A DNA stretch of 63,729 nucleotides, counting the filler, from Octopus bimaculoides (lineage: Eukaryota): the NCBI RefSeq assembly GCF_001194135.2. It is 4 parts of 4 records of this genome, joined end to end, with 100 filler letters (N's around TTAATTAATTAA, not from the genome) between each part and the next. Parts side by side here need not be neighbours in the genome. Positions count along the whole stretch, not along the records: positions 1 to 17,528 come from NC_069000.1; 3 more parts are not named here. One strand, given 5' to 3'. Positions 1-9,807 of this stretch are shown here, one piece after another (the first letter of the stretch is position 1; each line of letters opens with the position of its first letter). A model generated the notes under the pieces. That model had not been told where the DNA came from. It was given only the letters and a program-made list of their open reading frames with translations, and did not search any database. The position numbers were made by a program, and so were the translations under genes.

Positions 1-388
1 ATATATACATATATACATATATATATATATACATGTATAAGTGCGTGTACATGTGTTTGTACTCCCCTCTCTTGACAACCAATGTTGGTTTGTTTACGAC
101 CCTGTAATTTCACTGTAAAATATGTACCAGGCTGAAAAAAAGTCTATTCGTTCGGTTAAAATCCTCCAAGGTCATTGACTAGGATAAGTAAAAGATAAAA
201 GATATATCCGAGGTTCGCGATCCCTTAGTTGATTGATCTGTGATGAATCGTAAATCTCAGAGAGATAACAGCGAATAATCTTAGCACTATAATAGCTGCA
301 TCTAGAGCGATGTCTTACTTTGTGCATAAATGTTCGTACCCCGCCCCACACGTATCTATGCTTATATTTATATATAAATATATATACC

Positions 389-460
389 TATGTATGCATG
401 CATGCATGCATATTTGCATGTATGTATGTATGTATGTATGTATGTGTGTATGTATGCATG

Positions 461-494
<34 letters not shown>

Positions 495-628
495 TGTATA
501 TATGTATGTATGTATGTATGTATGTGTGTATGTATGCATGTATATATGTATGTATGTATGTATGTATGTGTGTATGTATGCATGTATATATGTATGTATG
601 TATGTATGTATGTGTGTATGTATGTATG

Positions 629-659
<31 letters not shown>

Positions 660-676
660 TTGTATGTATGTATGTA
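389..676. repeat. (TATG)n tetranucleotide microsatellite
   Basis: Direct reading; explains the MYVC/HTYI ORFs at 310-724. Confidence 0.97.
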
Positions 677-2801
677 CGCATGAACAATTTGTGAGTGAAT
701 GGAAACGTTAATGTTAGATATCAACGGGTGAAAGTGAAGAGAAATTTAAGCAGTGAATGAAAACAAGATACCAACGGATGGCTGACAAGCAGCTTGCGGA
801 AAGATTAATATATTTTATAACTATATCGGATTATAAGTAAAATTTTGGAACTAATACCTCTTTTCGTAATTACCAAATTAGCTACAAAGATTAAGCTCTA
901 GCTATATGGCTATGTCTGCGCATGTGTGTTAGGGATCAATCCATCATTTGTTTGGAAGGTATTTTTGAGAGTTACTGCTTAATTTTGAAATCGGATTATG
1001 ATGAAAACATTATCAAGTGTTCATTTCCTTACTTCTCAGAAAATTAAGTCATAGACCAATCTTGTTGCTCATTGCATAGTTCTGCTTTTCTTCTTAGTGA
1101 TTTATATGTTAAATTCGTTAATAATATCTTATGCATTTCTGAAGGCAGCGAGCTGGCAAAATCGTGAGCATCTTGGGCAAAATATCTTCATAACTGGCGG
1201 ACGGGTGAAGCAAAATGCTTCTTTTTCTTTATTACACATGCATAAAACAGGGGAAATAACCCTTGATGTCATTTAGCTGAAATATGAATTCGTCTGAGAA
1301 TATATTTATCAAATTAAATTTTATTTTACCCTTGTGTGTGCACAGAGTATGCATCACTCCTCCGATACCTTTTATTTTCATTAGTCTTGCATCCATTTAT
1401 ATGGTTTGGTGGGAGCGGACTGACTCGGTGTATTTTCACTCTTTTTCTACAGCGAGGATATTTCTCTATGAAAAAAATGCAGAGAATAGTTTCCTTACGG
1501 GTTTGAATATGTCTTAAGCATATTTAAACTGGTAAAGAGTTTATATTTGTGTACGTCACTGCTTGGCGCTTCTCTTCTGTATTCTGATACGGCTGGGCCA
1601 CCGATTAGCACAACAAGTCAGAGTAATTTGACTGGAATGTGATATGAGAGATCTGTTGTTTCGTAGCCAATTCAGAACACCTCTCTCTCTCTCCAGTGAT
1701 TGATGTTGAAGAGATGATTACTCTGAAATGCGTGCATCCATCGATCTGGGTAGAGAGCACCCGCGACTGACTTGATGCGTTTAGACCTTTTTGTCAACAG
1801 TGAGAAATTTTCTTCTTGACAAAATGCTGGGAATGGCAGTCCAACGGGTTCGAATATGTCTCAGGCTTAGTTCTCTATGACAAAGTTTTTCGAACACGCT
1901 TCCGCGGAACCCAATAGTTCCAAATCGGCTATTACTGGTTCCAGGGCTGATTTTGAAGAAATACCTCAGCAGTGTTCCGGTATTTTAGAATATGTACATA
2001 GATATTTGTAAAGAAACTGTTTTTTTCTCCCCCCAAAATGTTTGTATTTATGTTTAATCTAATCTATAATCTAATTAGAATGAACAAATAAACACAATTT
2101 ACTACTAAACCATTCGTAGTTTCGAAAAGCATAAAATATAATTCCAATGACACTATTAAACTTGTCAGTATTTCTACATCAACACCACTAAATGTAAAAA
2201 TCTTTAGTTTATTATGTGAAAATATAGGAATTTTATATACAACTTCATTTGTATAGAATGGGATGCGCTGTTTATCGCGTAGAGAAGTGATGATTCATTT
2301 TTTTGTTTTTGTTTTTTATTTCGAAATGTGTGTAGAAATTGGGTTATTTCTATCTGATTCTTTGCACACTGAGTGTTAGACGAAACAAGTCGCTTATGTT
2401 TCTGATACATTTACGTGAATAAGGTTAGTTTTTTTAATGCAGGGTAACTAAATAAACATGCTTGAAATTAAAAAATAAAACGAATACCTTTTAGCGTGAA
2501 CTAAAATTTTGTGCTGACTATGTAGCTAAGGATGACGTCCAGTGTTTTTTAAAATCTTAGGGCCTTTTGTCTGGCAAACAAATGTTCCGTAGTTATGATA
2601 CAAACATTCAATATTGTAATATTTATACGATATTTATCTGTTATGAATAACTAGCAGTAGTTTTCAGTGGAAATTGGAAGTCAATTTTGATGTGAAAGCC
2701 TGTCTATAGACTCATTAAACTTAAGCAGTCTTACTGCAAGAAAAAGTACAGCAAATAAACAGGGTTCTGGATTGTATTGTTAAAGAAATACCCTACTTCA
2801 G

Positions 2802-2907
2802 TAATACAAAATCAAGATCATTAATATAGGATCAAGATCATTAATGCTAAATGAAGATCATTAATACAAGATCAAGACCATTAATACAAGATCAAGATTT
2901 AATACAA
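2802..2907. repeat. 20-bp tandem repeat, about 5.3 copies (taatacaagatcaagatcat)
   Basis: Units start at 2802, 2822, 2842, 2862, 2882 (18-bp variant) and 2900 (partial). Confidence 0.9.
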
Positions 2908-3904
2908 TTTCCAGCTATATATTTACATGAAAGGACTTTCTTAATAATGAAGAACTTTTGATAATGAAGAATAGAGATAAACTGAATATAGAAGATGGTT
3001 TATGTTGAATGTTGAATTTTTCAAGAAAAACAACACCCTAAAATTATAGCAGAATGTTATTTTAATTCTTTTTTGTGATATGGTTATAATATTTTCCCCT
3101 TAAAATATATTATAAATTCCAAAAATTTTTCTCTAATCTAGGGTGTCCCATGACGACAATAAGTCCTATCATATGCATTTTTGATAAGAAACTAGAATGG
3201 TCCATTTCAGAGATTCTGCAAATGTGTCTGTAACATTGTGAGCGATGGTGTATGCATAGTTTCTACAGGATGTCTATGTCATGAGTTACGATTGCGTTGT
3301 TTTGTCTGCCGGACAGTCTTCTTACACTTTCTACAAGATGTCTATAACCCTAAAAGGGATTGCCTTGTTTCGCCTGGCATGTAGTGTTTCTCATTTCTCC
3401 ACGATACTTCTTATTATATAATATTCTAATGTAAATTTCCAGGTTTAGTTACCAAAATTATCCCTGCAGAACCCACATTTTTCTTGGTGGTATACGCATT
3501 ACACCAAAAATGATAGAATACCAATCTGAAATTGGAATTGATGGCAAAGACAAATTATAGCTAAAGTATATTGGGAGCAAACAGCAGAAGTAAGAACAGA
3601 ACAGTTACATCAGAATTTAAAAAAAAGGGAGTGAGTCAAGGATGAGGTTTATCTTCCAGTCTCTTTAACCTATCATCGAAAAGTATTTAAAAAAAGTTGA
3701 AGAAATGCTGAGATTTATAACTGGCGGATTTAATCTCCACAACAATCGATATGCAGATGCTGCTGCATTATTAACTCTGAGCACAAGAGAGTTATAGTAA
3801 CTGTTCAGTGCAATCAAATTAAAGTAAGAATCATATGTAATGGAAATAAATACAAAAATTAAACATACACACACACACACGAAAACTATGGCAGTCAGCA
3901 AGAA

Positions 3905-4915
3905 ACGAACCCCTAACATCAATATAGCCAAAAATGGAACACTAATAGAACAAATTTCAACCGTGGTCTATATTGGCTTTATGAAGTCTGAAAAACGGTA
4001 AATTTGAAACTGAAATTTGACGAAGAATAGAAATTGCAAGGAAAACATAGGAAAGCGTGTCAAATGCTTTAACATCAAGGAAAATACAAGTACAAACAAG
4101 AATATAGTATAAATGTTACATACAGTTCACACTATGGAGGCGCAATGGCCCAGTGGTTAGGGCAGCGGACTCGCGGTAATAGGATCGCGGTTTCGATTCC
4201 CAGACCGGGCATTGTGAATGTTTATTGAGCGAAAACACCTAAAGCTCCACAAGACTCCGGCAGGGGATGGTGGCGAACCCTGCTGTACTCTTTCACCACA
4301 ACTTTCTCTCACTCTTACTTCCTGTTTCTGTTGTGCCTGTAATTCAAAGGGTCAGCCTTATCACGCTGAATATCCCCGAGAACTATGTTCAGGGTACACG
4401 TGTCTGTGGAGTGCTCAGCCACTTGCACGTTAATTTCACGAGCAGGCTGTTCCGTTGATCGGATCAACTGGAACCCTCGACGTCGTAACCGACGTAGTGC
4501 CAACAACAACAGTTCACACTATTACATGGTACAGAAACATGGATATTGACCAAATCTGCCTGATAAACTAGAAGCTTTTGAAATGTGGGCATATAAAAGA
4601 ACGTTAAGAATATACTGGACAAATCATATGACTGATAAAAAAAGTGCTACAAGCGAACACGAAAAGATCATTACTCTCAACTACTAAAAATGGCATTTTG
4701 GTCACATAGTAAGAGTATAGGGTATACAAAGGGTGTTATGAGAAGGAGAGCTAAATGGTAAACGCCCGAGAGGAAGACCTAGTACTAACCGGTTTGATAA
4801 CATCGACGACTGAACGAAACAACCAGACGGTGAATGTGGAAGAATAGCAGAAAAAAGGCCCGAATGGGGATCTCTGATATTCACCTTTCTGAGAGTAGCA
4901 GCTGGTACATAATAA
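3905..4915 (+). mobile_element. Decayed RTE-clade LINE, 3' part of RT ORF, split by a SINE
   Basis: Broken frames give IEQISTVVYIG..EI*RRIEIAR, then LLHGTETWILTKS..KLEAFEMWAYKRTLRIYWT..HFGHIVR..EGELNGKRPRGRP, the typical RTE RT C-terminal region. Confidence 0.8.
4136..4508 (+). mobile_element. Full-length tRNA-derived SINE (family A) with 14-bp TSD
   Basis: A-box TGGCCCAGTGG, B-box GGTTTCGATTCC, (CAA)n tail; TSD acagttcacactat at 4122-4135 and 4509-4522. Confidence 0.95.
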
Positions 4916-5001
4916 TGATGATAATGAGGATACTAATAACAAGCAGATACACTAAAGCACATGCATACATATATATGTATACTCACACACGCGCGCGCAT
5001 C

Positions 5002-5180
5002 GAAACGCTTAGTTCTAGAACGGTGGCAGCTGATGAAGGACATGTTCTCTATGTAGCCTGTGTATTTTCTATACTCTGTTTATGTTCTGTTTATCATTTT
5101 GTCCACGTTTTTTTGCAACGTCCTGTACCCAGATATGCATCTATATATACATGTAGATGTAGGTATGTACAAATATGTAC
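5002..5180 (+). repeat. Interspersed repeat with hammerhead-core halves (probable Penelope-like terminal relic)
   Basis: GAAACG..CTGATGAAGG followed by a conserved body; homologous inverted copy at about 50215-50406. Confidence 0.55.
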
Positions 5181-5625
5181 GTATATATGCATATACTCAT
5201 ATTATATATATATATATATATNNNNNNNNNNNNNNNNNNNNNNNNNNNNNNNNNNNNNNNNNNNNNNNNNNNNNNNNNNNNNNNNNNNNNNNNNNNNNNN
5301 NNNNNNNNNNNNNNNNNNNNNNNNNNNNNNNNNNNNNNNNNNNNNNNNNNNNNNNNNNNNNNNNNNNNNNNNNNNNNNNNNNNNNNNNNNNNNNNNNNNN
5401 NNNNNNNNNNNNNNNNNNNNNNNNNNNNNNNNNNNNNNNNNNNNNNNNNNNNNNNNNNNNNNNNNNNNNNNNNNNNNNNNNNNNNNNNNNNNNNNNNNNN
5501 NNNNNNNNNNNNNNNNNNNNNNNNNNNNNNNNNNNNNNNNNNNNNNNNNNNNNNNNNNNNNNNNNNNNNNNNNNNNNNNNNNNNNNNNNNNNNNNNNNNN
5601 NNNNNNNNNNNNNNNNNNNNNNNNN

Positions 5626-5662
<37 letters not shown>

Positions 5663-6302
5663 GTACATATCTATCTATCAATCTAAACACACACACACAT
5701 ATATAAAAAGATATTAAGACAATGCCGTTTTCTTCTATACTTCTGTGAGTGTGTTCATCTGTTTTTTTATGTATGTTTAGGTATTTTGAAAATATTTCTA
5801 TGAAATAACAATCTTTGGAATTAATGCACTGGGATATAAAAGGAATGACACATTTTCTTTTTTATTATTTCTCCATATCCTTTGCACTGAGATGACTAAT
5901 ATCTACATTCTAATACTTCCACCAACGGTGGTTGGAAACCTTTAATTTTCAAGTCAACGAAACTCACGTTCACTTTACAGTGCTACCGTCAAATGCATAA
6001 CGACAACGAACAGTAAGCAATGTATAGTTCACTCTTGCACATTCTCTAACTGCTCTGACAAATACCGATTTACGGCGATGTGATTGGAATTTTGATGGTT
6101 TAGTACTGCTTGCAATAGTTACGGTTTCAAATACGAATCTAAAGGTTTCACGTATCTCTCTTTCTCTCCCTGCAAATGTGCGCGCGTGCGCTTGTGTATG
6201 TGACTAAACATATATATGATGGACTCTTTCGTCGAAGATTACTTATGAGTGTTCAGATTTTCCCGAACGATGCATAGATGATTTGTTTATAGTAACCAAA
6301 TG

Positions 6303-6503
6303 TATGTGCTGTACATTAGGTCACTCCCTCCATCAAACCGACATTGCCTGAACTGGTACACGGTGTACCACGCGTCAGGTGTCAAAGTGATCGAAGAGCA
6401 ACGTGATAGGAGGTGTTTTGCTCTAGAACACAACGCACCACTCGGTCTTGGAATTGAAACCACGATCTCGCGATCGTGAGTGCAATAACCTTAACCGCTT
6501 GGG
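6303..6503 (-). mobile_element. tRNA-derived SINE (family A-related head, different body)
   Basis: Reverse complement reads CCCAAGCGGTTAAGG..GATCGTGGTTTCAATTCC then GTTGTGTTCTAGAGCAAAACAC. Confidence 0.75.
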
Positions 6504-6508
6504 CAATA

Positions 6509-6590
6509 CAGTAATCCCTCGACTAACACGGGTGTTACGTTTCAAAACACTTCGTGAAAGGTGAAAACTCGCGAAGTAGAAACAGTACGG
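6509..6590 (+). mobile_element. Tigger/pogo-like left terminus
   Basis: TA|CAGTAATCCCTCGACTA..GTTACGTTTCAAAAC; the same terminus recurs at 32487. Confidence 0.6.
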
Positions 6591-6699
6591 TATGTTATAT
6601 TTTTTAAATTATTTTTATAATTTGTATATATTTATTTTATAATAAATGCAAAACAACACCACAGAGGAATGGACGTAAGCTTATATAATAAACCACGAT

Positions 6700-7028
6700 G
6701 TGTGGTAAGTAGCTTGCTTACCAACCATCATGGTTCTGGGTTCAGTCCCACTGCGTGGCACCTTGGGCAAGTGTCTTCTACTATAGCCTCGAGCCGACCA
6801 AAACCTTGTGAGTGGATTTGGTAGACGGAAACTGAAAGAAGCCCGTCATATATATGTATACATATGTGTGTGTTTGTGTGTCTGTGTTTGTCCTCCCAAC
6901 ATCGCTTGACAACCGATGCTGGTGTGTTTACGTCCCTCTAACTTAGTGGTTTGGCAAAAGAGACCGATAGAATAAGTACTAGACTTACAAAGAATAAGTC
7001 CTGGGGGTCGATTTGCTCGACTAAAGGC
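6700..7028 (+). mobile_element. Octopus OR-type tRNA-derived SINE with internal microsatellite (family B); 3' end lost in gap
   Basis: GTGTGGTAAG..GGGTTCAGTCCC head, CACCTTGGGCAAGTGTCTT core, internal TA/TG run; many sister copies in the window. Confidence 0.9.
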
Positions 7029-7530
7029 NNNNNNNNNNNNNNNNNNNNNNNNNNNNNNNNNNNNNNNNNNNNNNNNNNNNNNNNNNNNNNNNNNNNNNNN
7101 NNNNNNNNNNNNNNNNNNNNNNNNNNNNNNNNNNNNNNNNNNNNNNNNNNNNNNNNNNNNNNNNNNNNNNNNNNNNNNNNNNNNNNNNNNNNNNNNNNNN
7201 NNNNNNNNNNNNNNNNNNNNNNNNNNNNNNNNNNNNNNNNNNNNNNNNNNNNNNNNNNNNNNNNNNNNNNNNNNNNNNNNNNNNNNNNNNNNNNNNNNNN
7301 NNNNNNNNNNNNNNNNNNNNNNNNNNNNNNNNNNNNNNNNNNNNNNNNNNNNNNNNNNNNNNNNNNNNNNNNNNNNNNNNNNNNNNNNNNNNNNNNNNNN
7401 NNNNNNNNNNNNNNNNNNNNNNNNNNNATATGTTCATAAATATGTATTCTTATATATATAAATATACATACATATATGTATGCATACATTCATATGCATG
7501 TTTGTAAGTATGTATGTATGTATATGTATA

Positions 7531-7575
<45 letters not shown>

Positions 7576-8114
7576 TTAAATATATCTCACCTCATCTCTA
7601 TTTCTGCGTTTGTCTGTATGTCAGTGTGCTCTGCTCTCTCTCTCTCTTTTTCTCTCTTTCTTTCTCTATCTTCCTCTGTCTGCGTCTGCATCTATCTATA
7701 CACCTATTATAAAGCGGCATTTTCTTTACATGGGCGTACTGTTCTAGTAAAATGTCAGATTTGCTATTACCAAAAGAGCCAGTTCTCTCTGAGGACAATA
7801 AATTCCTGCAATGTCAACGTATTTGAAATTACATAACTTCACAAAAGATTTTTTTTTTATATTCAGTCTTTCTTAATAAAACGGGCGTTGCTGTTGGCTT
7901 CAGCAGTCTAATTCGTTTCCATCCGCTGCCATTACTGAGTGATCTTGAAACAAAGACACTGAAGTCCTACTTAACAAGTAGACTAACATGTAATTACGTA
8001 TTCGTTGCTATCAAAGCAGGATGGTGGTTAGGAGAATGATGTGTTGGAATACATGACGTAATACACGAACTCCAGCATATTTCTTTAGTAAACGTTTCAT
8101 TTGAGTTTCTGCTA

Positions 8115-8161
8115 TCATAGTTTTGCTATCTCAGGTCACCCTTGAGATAGCAAAACTATGA
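8115..8161. other. Perfect inverted repeat, 19-bp arms, 9-nt loop
   Basis: tcatagttttgctatctca (8115-8133) and tgagatagcaaaactatga (8143-8161). Confidence 0.95.
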
Positions 8162-8734
8162 CAAATAATGTTCCCAAAATGACTATTCCGGGAATATTAC
8201 ATACATATATATATATNNNNNNNNNNNNNNNNNNNNNNNNNNNNNNNNNNNNNNNNNNNNNNNNNNNNNNNNNNNNNNNNNNNNNNNNNNNNNNNNNNNN
8301 NNNNNNNNNNNNNNNNNNNNNNNNNNNNNNNNNNNNNNNNNNNNNNNNNNNNNNNNNNNNNNNNNNNNNNNNNNNNNNNNNNNNNNNNNNNNNNNNNNNN
8401 NNNNNNNNNNNNNNNNNNNNNNNNNNNNNNNNNNNNNNNNNNNNNNNNNNNNNNNNNNNNNNNNNNNNNNNNNNNNNNNNNNNNNNNNNNNNNNNNNNNN
8501 NNNNNNNNNNNNNNNNNNNNNNNNNNNNNNNNNNNNNNNNNNNNNNNNNNNNNNNNNNNNNNNNNNNNNNNNNNNNNNNNNNNNNNNNNNNNNNNNNNNN
8601 NNNNNNNNNNNNNNNNNNNNNNNNNNNNNNNNNNNNNNNNNNNNNNNNNNNNNNNNNNNNNNNNNNNNNNNNNNNNNNNNNNNNNNNNNNNNNNNNNNNN
8701 NNNNNNNNNNNNNNNTATATGTAAATAAATACAC

Positions 8735-8942
8735 ACACACATATATATGTGTCTCTGTTTATCCCCCTCCACTGTTTTTACGACCGGTGTTTTTGTGTTT
8801 AGATACCAGTAACTAAGCGGTTCAGTAAAAGAGTTCTAGGCTTTAAAAAACAATAAGTCCTGGGGGTCAATTTGTTCGACTAAAACCCTTCAAGGCGGTG
8901 CCCCAGCTTGGCGACTGTCAAATGACTGAAACAAGTAAAAGG
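8735..8942 (+). mobile_element. Family B SINE, 3' half
   Basis: Ends GGCGGTGCCCCAGCTTGG..GTCAAATGACTGAAACAAGTAAAA. Confidence 0.85.
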
Positions 8943-9508
8943 TTAAAAACGATAGAATGCACAACTAAAACCGGGAGCGAAATGACACGACGAATGACAC
9001 AAATGTAGCGTTAGTACTACGGACTAGAAATCTATCTTCAGCTATGACGAAATATAAATTTTTACATAGAATTAATTAATTCCCACGGAATCATTATCAA
9101 TTATTATAACGTTTTTTTCCTATAAAAATAATAAAGGAAATTATTAAAATAAGTAAAAATGGTGATTTTAAATTGATGAATTAATTAATTAATTAATTAA
9201 TTAATTAATATGGAATTTAGATGAAGGCTAGAAATCTATTTCTACATAGAAATAATTAATCCCTATGCTCCAGGATGTCTTAAGAAACATTTTAAAAATG
9301 TGATTAAAATGATCTCTTAATATTTTAAGACTAATTCGTCCTCCCACGTACCAATGATTATGTGTAAGAATTCGTAAGTCTATATTGAAACTGTTTGTCA
9401 TTTGAAATATTCAACAGAATTCTTATTAACTGTAAACAAGTATCACAGGTTGGCAATATGGATTTTAAAATTAATGCACACGCACACAAATAATGAGTGT
9501 GCTTGTGC

Positions 9509-9509
<1 letters not shown>

Positions 9510-9588
<79 letters not shown>
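9510..9588. repeat. (TG)n microsatellite
   Basis: Direct reading. Confidence 0.97.
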
Positions 9589-9590
<2 letters not shown>

Positions 9591-9759
9591 TTATGCGTTT
9601 TCTTTTACTTCAGGTTTATATACTGGAGTTTAGACGTCAGCTATGTAAACACGTACATACATGGATACGTACACACACATACACACTAACATAGGATAAG
9701 TTTTTTTATGGGTGTGTACATATATGGATGCATGTATGTATATATTCATATACACATGT

Positions 9760-9804
<45 letters not shown>

Positions 9805-9807
<3 letters not shown>

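Noticed and set aside
310-724. ORFs of 74-133 aa (MYVC/HTYI repeats), and similar ORFs at 9402, 13498-14265, 19930-20324, 56151-56474, 59050-59525
   Set aside because: They are translations of stop-free microsatellites, not genes.
4136-4210. tRNA-like A/B boxes (also 45750-45824, 48995-49080, and family B heads)
   Set aside because: They continue into SINE bodies with tails and TSDs, and no closing acceptor stem is seen. These are SINE heads, not tRNA genes.
4834-5717. Long ORFs running through N blocks (also 6938-8772, 14234-16442, 25292-25927, 32668-33345, 43954-44571, 49342-50370, 54193-54789)
   Set aside because: Their length comes from unknown bases translated as X.
9178-9210. (TTAA)n run resembling the scaffold linker
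   Set aside because: It is embedded in real sequence without flanking Ns, so it is a natural microsatellite.
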